Positions 1 through 8,351 of a stretch of DNA of 47,787 nucleotides are shown piece by piece. The stretch spans positions 1 through 47,787 of the forward strand of contig JAAZEB010000167.1 in NCBI GenBank assembly GCA_012512505.1. The letters are read 5' to 3'. The translations under genes and the position numbers were made by a program. Under the pieces are notes generated by a model. The model was given only the letters and a program-made list of their open reading frames with translations. It had not been told where the DNA came from and ran no database searches. This DNA is from Armatimonadota bacterium. Lineage in GTDB: Bacteria; Armatimonadota; JAAZEB01. Each line of letters opens with the position of its first letter. The stretch's first letter is position 1.

Positions 1-190
1 CCGATTGCTCGGGCACTCCGACTAGTTGCCCGGGGGAAAGCAGCGGAGCGCCGCAGCAATGCGGCCGGAAGGCCCGATGGCTCGGGAATTCCGGCAATCC
101 CCCGGGAAAGCAACGGAGCGCCGCAGCAATGCGGCTTCCCACAGTGCGAGGCCCGATTGCTCGGGCACTCCGAGCCGTGCTTTTCGGATA
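1..190. repeat. Tandem REP/BIME-like palindromic units (~73-79 bp period; units begin ~1, 74, 153), each with stem gggcactccg/cggag(c/t)gccg and a second small hairpin gccgc-agcaat-gcggc; window starts inside the array
   Basis: Direct repetition of cccgat(t/g)gctcgggcactccg...agc(a/g)gcggagcgccgcagcaatgcggc seen three times; the same unit recurs at 10925-11060 and 47313-47450. Confidence 0.7.
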
Positions 191-318
191 GGTTCCCAAG
201 ACCGGGCGATGCCGCCCCAGGCTCCTCGACTCGTCGGCGGGTGGCCTGGTAAGGATTTGGCGCCACCGGCGTCGAATAGGGGATTACGCTGTCGCTGGCG
301 GCGTACTATTCCTAACTA

Positions 319-1635
319 GTGGAGCGGACCTTGGCTAAAGACCGAGTTGTCGTTGGAGTCATCGGCTGCGGCATCGTGGGCACCGGTGCCGTGCGCCTGC
401 TGCTGGAAAACCACGAGTGGATCTCCCAGCGTGTCGGGGTGCCCGTGACGCTCAAACGCGTGGTGGACGTGGACTGGAACCGCCCGCGCGAGTTCTCGGT
501 TCCCGAGACCCTGCGCGGCACCGATGCCGAGGCTGCCATCGCGGACCCGGAGATTGACATCATCGTCGAAGCGATCGGCGGCGTCGGTTTCGCGCGCCGG
601 GTGGTGGAGCTTGCCCTCAGCCGCGGGAAGTCGGTGGTGACCCCCAACAAGGAGCTGATGGCCAAGCACGGCGGCGACCTGCTGGCGCTGGCCGCGGAGC
701 AGGGCGCCGACCTGATGTTCGAGGGTGCCGTCGGCGGCGGGATCCCCCTGATCAAGCCGCTCAAGGAGTCGCTTGCCGGCGACAGCATCGAGCGCATTGT
801 GGGGATCGTCAACGGCACCACCAACTACATCCTCACCGGCATGGCCCGCGAGAACCGCGACTTTGGGGAGGCGTTGGCCGCCGCGCAGCAGCTCGGCTAT
901 GCCGAAGCCGATCCCACCGCCGACGTGGAAGGCTTCGACTCGCTCTATAAGATCGCCATCCTCGCCTCGATCGCCTTCGGCAGCCGCGTGCCGGTTGGCG
1001 AGGTCTACCACGAGGGCATCACCGGCGTGGCCGCCGCCGACATCCGCTACGCGCGCCAGCTTGGGTTCAGCATCAAGCTGCTGGCGATCGCCGCCCTCGA
1101 TAACGGTGCGCTCGATATCCGCGTGCATCCCACCTTCGTTCCTGTCGAGCATCCGCTCGCCAACGTCAATGGCGTCTACAACGCCGTCTTGGTGCGCGGC
1201 CGGCAGGTGCAAGACGTGATGTTCTACGGGCGCGGGGCCGGCGCCGGTCCCACCGGCACCGCCGTGGTGGGCGACGTGGTAGACTGCGCGCGCAACCTGG
1301 TGCAGGGCGCGGCCGGCCGGGTTCCCTGCCGCTGCTTCCGCTCGCTGCCGCTGCTGCCGATAGACGCCGTGCGGTGTCGCAACTACGTGCGCATGCGGGT
1401 GGTGGACCGGCCGGGGGTAATCGGGCAGATCGCCACCTGTTTCGGCAGTCACGGCGTCAGCCTGGCCAGCGTTTTCCAGCCGGAAGACGAGGTGGGCCCG
1501 GCGCTGGCCGAGATCGTCTGGATCACCCACGAAGTGCGCGAGGCCCAGATGAAAGCTGCCCTGGCGCAGATCCGCACCCTGCCCGAGGTGAAGGAGATCC
1601 CCTCGGTCATCCGCCTGGAGAACGCGCCGGCGTAA
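319..1635 (+). CDS. hom: Homoserine dehydrogenase (NAD-binding GxGxxG N-terminus, C-terminal ACT domain)
   Basis: VVGVIGCGIVGTGAV Rossmann motif; central HSDH catalytic region; C-terminal ACT-like RMRVVDRPGVIGQIATCFGSHGVSL. GTG start at 319; alternative TTG at 331 has a better GGAG spacer. Confidence 0.85.
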   Translation: MERTLAKDRVVVGVIGCGIVGTGAVRLLLENHEWISQRVGVPVTLKRVVDVDWNRPREFSVPETLRGTDAEAAIADPEIDIIVEAIGGVGFARRVVELALSRGKSVVTPNKELMAKHGGDLLALAAEQGADLMFEGAVGGGIPLIKPLKESLAGDSIERIVGIVNGTTNYILTGMARENRDFGEALAAAQQLGYAEADPTADVEGFDSLYKIAILASIAFGSRVPVGEVYHEGITGVAAADIRYARQLGFSIKLLAIAALDNGALDIRVHPTFVPVEHPLANVNGVYNAVLVRGRQVQDVMFYGRGAGAGPTGTAVVGDVVDCARNLVQGAAGRVPCRCFRSLPLLPIDAVRCRNYVRMRVVDRPGVIGQIATCFGSHGVSLASVFQPEDEVGPALAEIVWITHEVREAQMKAALAQIRTLPEVKEIPSVIRLENAPA

Positions 1636-2581
1636 GCCGCGGGGTCGGCGCCAGCGCGTCGGCCCCGACCCGGACGCCGTGGCGCTGCAGCACCGGGGCG
1701 AGGCGGAGGACGGCCAGGTCCTTCGCCTTCGCCTCAAACATCACGTCGTAGGGTTGCTGCAGGCGCGCCGCCGCCGTCAGAAACTCCTCCAGCTCCCCGG
1801 CGTCGACGTACTCGCCGTGCGCGCCCGGCCGTTTGGCGGGGTCTTGCGACGAGAAGTGAACTTTCGGTGGCCCCGCCTCTGCCGGCCAGGTGGCGAAAAC
1901 ATCGGCCAGAATCGCTTCCCAGGGCCGATCGCGCCAGGCGCCGCCGCAGACGCGGTGGTGGAAGGCGTCGAAGACTACCGGGATGCCGGCTGCCCGCGCC
2001 AGTTCCACCACTTCCGCGACACTCCAGTTGGTTTCGTCGTTCTCCACCACCACGCGCCGCCGCGCCGCCGGCGAGAGCCGGTCCAGTGCCCGGCAGAACC
2101 GGTCGCGCGCCTCCGCCAGCGTTGGCCGGGTGATGCCGGCATGCACCACCACGCGGTGGCTGGTGTCCAGCTCCATGGCTGCCAGCACCCGCGCCTGATA
2201 CTCGATCTCGGCCAGGCCGGCGGTGACCACCGTCTCCTGCAGCGAGTTGAGCACCACGAACGCGGTGGTGTGGAAGCTGAGCCGCAGGCCGTGGGCACGG
2301 GCCTCGTCGCCCACGCGACGCAGCTCGGTGGCGAACTCTTCCCACCAGGCCAGCGTGTTGGCCGAATGCGAGCCGAACGGAATGAACTGCGTGCCGATGC
2401 GAAACAGCCCGAACCCCTGGCGCACGTTGTAGCGCAGTGTGTCGGCCAGGTTCTCCAGGTTCCAGGCGATCAGCTCCCGCAGCCGCTCCGGGGTGGCCCG
2501 ACGCAGCACCGTCGTGCGCGGGCTGCGCAGCCCGGGGCTGCCCAGCGGCAGGCAGGCATAGCCAACCCGGCTAAGCGGCAT
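1607..2581 (-). CDS. uvsE: UV-damage endonuclease UvsE/UVDE
   Basis: Clear similarity to B. subtilis UvsE blocks (RLSFH, VVVHAG, VVENDE...FDAFHH, KVHFSS, YDVMFEAKAKDLAVLRL). Start chosen at MPLSRVGYACL (ATG 2579-2581, GGAAGG SD). 3' end overlaps hom 3' end by ~29 nt (convergent). Confidence 0.8.
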   Translation of the reverse strand: MPLSRVGYACLPLGSPGLRSPRTTVLRRATPERLRELIAWNLENLADTLRYNVRQGFGLFRIGTQFIPFGSHSANTLAWWEEFATELRRVGDEARAHGLRLSFHTTAFVVLNSLQETVVTAGLAEIEYQARVLAAMELDTSHRVVVHAGITRPTLAEARDRFCRALDRLSPAARRRVVVENDETNWSVAEVVELARAAGIPVVFDAFHHRVCGGAWRDRPWEAILADVFATWPAEAGPPKVHFSSQDPAKRPGAHGEYVDAGELEEFLTAAARLQQPYDVMFEAKAKDLAVLRLAPVLQRHGVRVGADALAPTPRLTPARSPGG

Positions 2582-2675
2582 CAGCAGGCGGGTGCCTTCC
2601 AGCGATTGACAGAGCGCCCCGCTGCCTGGTACAATGGCGGGCGAGCAGGGGTCCTGCTCACGGAAAGCGGCACCA

Positions 2676-2870
2676 ATGCCTCCCTTCGATTTCGAGAGCT
2701 GGTTCAAGTCCCTCGACCCGACCGACCAGTGGCTGCTGGAGTGGCGCGCGGGCAGCAACCTCTCGCTGCGAGAGATCGCCGAAAAGTCTGGCCTGGCGCG
2801 TGAAGTCGTTGCCGAGCGCCTGCTTCACCTGCGCGACCGCCTGGTCGACCGGATCGTCGCCCTCCGCTAA
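2676..2870 (+). CDS. Small HTH protein resembling sigma-70 region 4 (64 aa)
   Basis: LSLREIAEKSGLAREVVAERLLHLRDRL resembles sigma-70 region-4 HTH; GGAAAG SD 8 nt upstream of ATG 2676. Confidence 0.45.
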   Translation: MPPFDFESWFKSLDPTDQWLLEWRAGSNLSLREIAEKSGLAREVVAERLLHLRDRLVDRIVALR

Positions 2871-2960
2871 GCCGGCCGGAAGCGGCCCACCGCGCGTGAA
2901 TAAGGGGCGCCCCGCGCGCCTGCGGGGCGCCGCGAGCGCCGCCGTCGTGCCGAACGTCGG

Positions 2961-3449
2961 CTAGGTGGCTGCCGGCTGCATCACCGTGGCGGGCAGTGCC
3001 AGCAAGCGGCCGTGCAGCCAGCGCACGAACTCCTCCTCCTCGGCCCGGATCTCTCGCGCCAGCTCGGCCGTGCGGGCATCGCCCATCGCCTCCGCCGCCG
3101 TCTCCAGGGCGAGATACGCCGCGATCTCGACGTGCTCGCTGCCATAGGCGGTGATCAGGTTGCGCACCGCCTTCTCTTCGCGGTTGCGCATCACGTTCAC
3201 CAGTTCGTGCCCCATAATGCCCAGCTTGTTCACCACGCCCTTGATGCCGGAAGGCTCCTTGCCCATCTCCTTCAGGCGTTGCACCAACCGGTCGTGCTGG
3301 CGCTGGGTCACCTCGCGATGGCGCAGGAACATGTCGCGGTCATCGTTGCTAATTGCCTCGTCGGCCATGTCTTTGAGCGCCGGCAGCAGGCCAGACTCCA
3401 TGGCGATGGCGTCGTCGACGTAGCGGTGGAGCCGCTCTTGTGCCTCCAT
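2961..3449 (-). CDS. Ferritin-like DUF892/YciE-family stress protein (163 aa)
   Basis: Four-helix ferritin-like pattern (EAQERLHRYVDDAIAMESGL...EEKAVRNLITAYGSEHVEIAAYLALETAAEAMG...EEEEFVRWL); GGAGG SD before ATG at 3449. The long upstream extension in the ORF track was rejected. Confidence 0.6.
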   Translation of the reverse strand: MEAQERLHRYVDDAIAMESGLLPALKDMADEAISNDDRDMFLRHREVTQRQHDRLVQRLKEMGKEPSGIKGVVNKLGIMGHELVNVMRNREEKAVRNLITAYGSEHVEIAAYLALETAAEAMGDARTAELAREIRAEEEEFVRWLHGRLLALPATVMQPAAT

Positions 3450-3670
3450 GCGTTCTGCCTCCTGATCTCCCCGCGCGCGGGGGTGCCGATCCGAAACTCC
3501 TCGGTTCATATCCCCTGCGGGCCCAGCGCCGAAACGCTTTCCGGCAGGGGGGGCCAGGATCGGCGGCCGCCGCGAGCCCTCCACAAACAGCAACAACTGC
3601 TTGCAGGAGACAGCCGTGCCACGTCGAATGCAAGGACAACGCAGTGGCGGCGGGCCTGCTGCCCCTGCTC

Positions 3671-4175
3671 CTATCCTCTGATGCCCGACTGGACACTCTC
3701 GACTGCGGTAGCGATCCTTGGGGGAGGTGTGCCCGTGGATGACACAGTGATCGCCGCCATACGGCAATGGATCCGCGAGAGTCAGCAAGACATCGAATCG
3801 GCCGACCGGTTGTTGGAGTGGGATCCACCGCGCTTCCCAACGGCAGCCTATCACCTGGGCCAGGCAGTGAACAAGGCGCTCCGAGCGTTCCTCGCCTGCC
3901 GCGGCATTCCGTTTGGCCACGGCGACCGCCTCCCGGCGTTGCTACGGCTGGCCACTCCCCTGGCGCCAACTTTCAGGGAGTGGCGCGAGGCGGCACGGGT
4001 GATCGATGGCTACCGCCAACTGCCTCCGTTTGCCGTCCAGGTTCCCGATGAAGAGCGAGCGGCCGCCGCGCAGGCCGTGCGGCACGCCCAGGCGCTCTAC
4101 GCGCTGCTGGCCGAGATGCTGCGCCCCATCCTGTCCGACCTGGGGCGTGCCTGTCCGCCGCCGAAGCCCCTGTGA
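3671..4175 (+). CDS. HEPN-domain protein with Rx4-6H motif
   Basis: AAYHLGQAVNKALRAFLACRGIPFGHGDRL matches the HEPN helix plus R-x5-H motif. N-terminal limit uncertain (ATG 3671, or GTG ~3735 after GGGGAGG). Confidence 0.55.
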
Positions 4176-4188
4176 GGCAGGCGCGCCC

Positions 4189-4449
4189 TCAGAGACTCTC
4201 GGTGGGGCCGCTGTCGGCGTGCGCCGGTGGCGCGGGGAGGCGATGCCGCTCCTCCTGCAACCACTTCAGGTAGTGCTCCTTGTTGCAGAAGGTGTCGTAC
4301 TCCCGCCCGGAGCCGTGTAGGATCTCCAACGAAGGGGCGTCCGGCTCGACCAACTGGCGGACGTGGTCGGGGTTCACGTCGCCCAAATAGGGGTTCTGCG
4401 TGATCTCCCGCCCGCAGTGGCGGCAGACCAGTACCTGCTCACTCTTCAT
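4189..4449 (-). CDS. Small Cys-containing putative zinc-binding protein (86 aa)
   Basis: CRHC...FCNKEHYLKW two Cys pairs/His; GAGGGAG SD upstream of ATG 4449. Confidence 0.5.
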   Translation of the reverse strand: MKSEQVLVCRHCGREITQNPYLGDVNPDHVRQLVEPDAPSLEILHGSGREYDTFCNKEHYLKWLQEERHRLPAPPAHADSGPTESL

Positions 4450-4746
4450 CCTGGCGCTCCCTCAAGGCGTTCCACGTCACCCCGTTCGGTTTTGGTTCGC
4501 AGGCGGTGGATGCCGCCGCCGCCTTCTGGGAGCCGCTCGATCTCCTGCGCCTCCGGCGGCACCGTTGAAGGCGTCCCGCGTGTCGCCATCGCCGCCCTCT
4601 CTTCTCCGCACGAGACGACTCTTTCCCGGGCCGGCGGCAGGCAAACTCGCCGCCGCGGGCCCTCGGGATCGGGGGCAGGAAGCCGCTGGCTGCCGCAAGG
4701 GGTGTGGCGGCCTGGCGTCGAACGCGGATCCTCGGAGGAACGAGGG

Positions 4747-5961
4747 ATGCTGCAGGCGGAGCGAGACTACGTGCGTGAGTTGGCCCGGCAGGTGGCACAG
4801 ATCGCCGCCAGCCCGGAGAACGCGGCTATCTGCCAGCGCTGGCGCGACGTGAACGCCCTGCGCAAGCCGGACCGCGCGCCGGTCTGGTGCCGGCCGGTGG
4901 GTGCCTGGGCGGAGATCCTGCCGGAGGAGTCGCTGCGCTGTCAGGATCCCTGGCTGCGCGGCATCGAGCGCGAGCTGCGCATGATCCTCATCAAGCACGA
5001 GATCGGCGACGACTCGCCGGTCGATGCGTTCTATACCGTGCCCGCCGTCTTTAGCTGCGACCCACCCAACGTCTGGGGGGTGGAGATCCGCCACATTCCC
5101 CCCAGCCGCCCCGGCGGCGCCTGGACCTACGACCCGCCGCTGAAGACGGAAGCCGACTTCGACCGGCTGCGGTTGCCCTCCTACACCTACCAGGAGGCGG
5201 CCACCCAGGAACGCCTCGAACAGGCGCACGAGCTGCTGGGCGACTTGCTGCCGGTGCGCCTCTCCTGCGGCCCGCCGCTGCATTCGATTCTCTGCGTGTG
5301 GGCGGCGGAGCTGCGTGGCCTCAGCGAGCTGATGCTGGACATGGCCGTGGCGCCGGAGTTGGTCCACCGCCTGATGGCCCACCTGCGCGACGGCGTACTA
5401 CAGTCGATGCGCCAGGTGGAGGCTACCGGCCTCCTCACCCCCAACAACATCGGCGGCATGTTCTGCAGCGACCCGGTTGGCCCTGATCCGGGAGATGGCC
5501 CCCTGACCTACCGCAACCTCTGGGTAGCCACCAACAGCCAGGAGTTCGACCAGGTCTCGCCGGCGATGTGGGAAGAGTTCCTGCTGGCCTACCAGCGCCC
5601 GATCATCGAGCAGTTTGGGCTGGCCGCCTACGGTTGCTGCGAGAACCTCACCCACAAGATCGACGGCGTCCTCTCGCTGCCCAACCTCCGCATCTTCGTC
5701 TGCAGCGCCTGGACCGACCTCGACCGGGTGATTGAGCGCGTGGGCACCCGCCACGTGATCATGTGGCGCCAGAAGGCCAGCGCCGTCGTCTTCCCGGACG
5801 ACCCCGCCGTGCTGCAGCGCGACCTGGAGGACGGCCTGCGCCGCCTGCAGGGATGCTACGTGCAGGTGGTCCTCCGCGAGCTGCAGACGCTGGCCGGCCA
5901 CCCGGACCGCCTCCACGTCTGGACCCGCCTGGCCATCGACGCCGCCGCGAAATACGCGTAG
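4747..5961 (+). CDS. Hypothetical protein (404 aa), possibly uroporphyrinogen-decarboxylase-like fold
   Basis: Good GGAGG SD before ATG 4747; coherent codon usage over 1.2 kb; family assignment is a weak impression only. Confidence 0.55.
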   Translation: MLQAERDYVRELARQVAQIAASPENAAICQRWRDVNALRKPDRAPVWCRPVGAWAEILPEESLRCQDPWLRGIERELRMILIKHEIGDDSPVDAFYTVPAVFSCDPPNVWGVEIRHIPPSRPGGAWTYDPPLKTEADFDRLRLPSYTYQEAATQERLEQAHELLGDLLPVRLSCGPPLHSILCVWAAELRGLSELMLDMAVAPELVHRLMAHLRDGVLQSMRQVEATGLLTPNNIGGMFCSDPVGPDPGDGPLTYRNLWVATNSQEFDQVSPAMWEEFLLAYQRPIIEQFGLAAYGCCENLTHKIDGVLSLPNLRIFVCSAWTDLDRVIERVGTRHVIMWRQKASAVVFPDDPAVLQRDLEDGLRRLQGCYVQVVLRELQTLAGHPDRLHVWTRLAIDAAAKYA

Positions 5962-6071
5962 CGGGAGCGCCTTCGGAGCACAGGCAAGCGCGCCCTTTCA
6001 AGGCTCACCGCCGGGCAGCTATCCGGTCCTCTCGGACATGCCGACTGCCAGGCAACTGGAAAGGGGAACTG

Positions 6072-6497
6072 ATGACACGCGAGACCCTGGCTGCGTGCAT
6101 CCGCCGCCTTCCTCCGACCGGCCCTGTCAGCGATGCGCTGGCGCAGGCGCTGCCTCACGGCCGCACCGTGCGGGCTGCGTGGTACAAGACCCAGCGCGAG
6201 CATTGGCTCGGGTGTCTTGGGGATTACGATGGACCTGGCGCCCGTGGCCGGACGACGTGGGGAGGCCGGAGCGCCGAGTATGTCTACAACCATATCCAGT
6301 GTGCCCCGATGCTCCTCTGGCTTGCTGAGGCCGCTGGAGTTCCCATGCTCCTGCTATTCACCGCCGCCGATGCTGCCCTGGGCGCCGGTGCCACCGGTGC
6401 TCAACAGTGTGCGGCGCTCCGACGAGTGATCCCCTGGTGCTGGGTGCAAGAGGCGCTGCAGGCTCGGTTCCCTGGCATTAACGACAAAGCGGAGTGA
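6072..6497 (+). CDS. Hypothetical protein (141 aa)
   Basis: AAGGGGA SD 6 nt before ATG 6072; no recognisable domain. Confidence 0.4.
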   Translation: MTRETLAACIRRLPPTGPVSDALAQALPHGRTVRAAWYKTQREHWLGCLGDYDGPGARGRTTWGGRSAEYVYNHIQCAPMLLWLAEAAGVPMLLLFTAADAALGAGATGAQQCAALRRVIPWCWVQEALQARFPGINDKAE

Positions 6498-6682
6498 GCC
6501 GCGCCTGACTCTGGTGCTGGGCGATGATCCCCTGCACCCGGCGCGTTGCCCTACAAACCGTGCCGCCGCCGGCGGGGCTGCTCCGCGCCCGGCGGTGCCT
6601 GGCGGTTGTTGCTCGCTGCCCGGGTAAGGTATCTGCCCGCCGCCGTCGAATAGGGATCCCAACACCCGATGGGAGGAAACGG

Positions 6683-8071
6683 ATGCCGAAGATTACCCTG
6701 ATCGGCGCGGGAAGCGTCGTCTTTGCCAAGAACATCCTCTCCGACTGCCTGTCTTACCCGGAACTGAGCGGGGGCAGCTACTTTCTCTTCGATATCGACG
6801 AGGGGCGCCTGCGCACCGCCGAGAAGATGGCCCACCAGGTGGCCGCCGCCTGGAAAGCCAAACCAAACATCGTGGCCACCACCGACCCCGAGGTCGCCCT
6901 CGAGGGCGCCGACTACGCCGTCAACATGATCCAGGTCGGCGGCTACGAACCGTGCACCGTCACCGACTTCGAGATCCCCAAGAAGTACGGGCTGCGCCAG
7001 ACGATTGGCGACACGCTCGGCATCGGCGGCATCTTCCGCGCCCTGCGCACCATCCCGGTGATGCTGGAGTACGCCGCGATCATGGAGGAGGTGTGCCCCG
7101 ACGTCACTTTCCTCAACTACGTCAACCCGATGGCGATGAACACCTGGGCGATGCTGGAAGCCACCGACATCACCACCATCGGCCTCTGCCACAGCGTGCA
7201 GGGCAGCTACCAGCACCTCTGCCACGCCATCGGCGTCAACCCCGCCGAGGTCAACTACACCTGCGCCGGCATCAACCACATGGCGTTCTACCTGACGCTG
7301 GAGCACAAGGGCGAGGACCTCTACCCCCGCATCATGGAGAAGGTTGCCAGCCGCGAGTACTACCCGGATTGGGACCGCGTGCGCCTCGATATGATGCTGC
7401 GCATCGGCTACTACATCACCGAATCGAGCGAGCACTTCAGCGAGTACGGCCCCTGGTACATCAAGCGTGACCGGCCGGACCTGATCGAGCGCTACAACAT
7501 CCCGCTGGACGAGTACCCGCGCCGCTGCGTTGCCCAAAACGCCAGTTGGGCCGGCATGGCCGCCGAACTGGAGGCCGGCAAGGGGTTCGACTCCCTGCAG
7601 CGCTCCTCCGAGTACGGCTCGCGCATCATCCACGCCATGGAGACCGGCGAGCCGACCGTGATCCACGGCAACGTCCTCAACTACGGCCTGATCGACAACC
7701 TCCCCGAGGGTTGCTGCGTGGAGGTGCCCTGCCTCATTGATGCCAACGGGATCCAGCCGATCAAGGTCGGCCCGCTGCCGCCGCACCTGGCCGCCATGAT
7801 CCGCACCAACATCAACGTGCAGGAACTCACCGTGCGCGCCGCCCTGGAGAACGTCAAGGAGTACGTCTACCATGCCGCCATGCTCGATCCCCACACCGGC
7901 GCCGAGCTGAGCCTCGACCAGGTGTGGGCGCTGGTGGACGACATGTTCGCTGCCCACGGCGACTGGATCCCCCTCTTCCAGGAGTGCGATTGCACCTGTG
8001 ACGGCGACTGCGACGACGACTGCGAGTGCGAGTGCCACGACGAGGCGCGCCAGCACTGCTGCGGCCACTGA
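6683..8071 (+). CDS. Glycoside hydrolase family 4 (NAD+/Mn2+-dependent alpha-glucosidase/alpha-galactosidase type) with Cys/Asp/His-rich C-terminal tail
   Basis: MPKITLIGAGSVVFAKN Rossmann start, GLCHSVQG catalytic Cys-His block typical of GH4; GGGAGG SD; tail ECDCTCDGDCDDDCECECHDEARQHCCGH. Confidence 0.85.
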   Translation: MPKITLIGAGSVVFAKNILSDCLSYPELSGGSYFLFDIDEGRLRTAEKMAHQVAAAWKAKPNIVATTDPEVALEGADYAVNMIQVGGYEPCTVTDFEIPKKYGLRQTIGDTLGIGGIFRALRTIPVMLEYAAIMEEVCPDVTFLNYVNPMAMNTWAMLEATDITTIGLCHSVQGSYQHLCHAIGVNPAEVNYTCAGINHMAFYLTLEHKGEDLYPRIMEKVASREYYPDWDRVRLDMMLRIGYYITESSEHFSEYGPWYIKRDRPDLIERYNIPLDEYPRRCVAQNASWAGMAAELEAGKGFDSLQRSSEYGSRIIHAMETGEPTVIHGNVLNYGLIDNLPEGCCVEVPCLIDANGIQPIKVGPLPPHLAAMIRTNINVQELTVRAALENVKEYVYHAAMLDPHTGAELSLDQVWALVDDMFAAHGDWIPLFQECDCTCDGDCDDDCECECHDEARQHCCGH

Positions 8072-8095
8072 GAGTACCGGTCGTCTCTCCATCGC

Positions 8096-8146
8096 GCCAG
8101 GGGTCACGAAGCAGGCTGGGCGCCGTTCGTGGCCCCTGGTGCTTTT
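8096..8146 (+). terminator. Rho-independent terminator-like hairpin after the GH4 gene
   Basis: ccaggggtcacgaa...ttcgtggcccctgg 14-bp stem (1 mismatch) followed by tgcttttg. Confidence 0.55.
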
Positions 8147-8351
8147 GCGCCCCAGGGGATCCTCCTCGGCCGCTGAACCGGCAAGCCCCAGCGGTCGTCC
8201 CTGGATCGGGCGGGCCCAAACCAGGCGGGCAAGGCCGCGTGCCGCTGCAAAACGACGGCGCACGGCCGATAATCGAAGTGTGGCTTGAGTCGGCCGGGAG
8301 CGCGGTGCCGTGCCCCCGGTCGGAGGTGCGCGCGGGGAGGATGAGTGCGGA

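Noticed and set aside
1-190. Possible CRISPR array (regular short tandem repeats)
   Set aside because: The whole unit is conserved with only short variable patches; there are no unique spacers and no cas genes. Better explained as REP/BIME-like palindromic units.
190-318. Riboswitch (e.g. SAM) upstream of hom
   Set aside because: No recognisable conserved aptamer motifs; region too short and not convincingly structured.
26-319. 97-aa + strand ORF spanning the tandem repeat units
   Set aside because: Translation just reflects the periodic repeat (GKQRSAAAMR..., GKATERRSNAAS...); no SD, lies in a REP-like array.
1679-2803. 374-aa + strand ORF
   Set aside because: Antisense to the well-supported uvsE gene; Arg/Pro/Ala-rich composition typical of high-GC antisense frames.
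3012-3670. Upstream 220 codons of the 387-aa + ORF
   Set aside because: Antisense to the DUF892 gene. Only the C-terminal HEPN part (3671-4175) has a domain signature.
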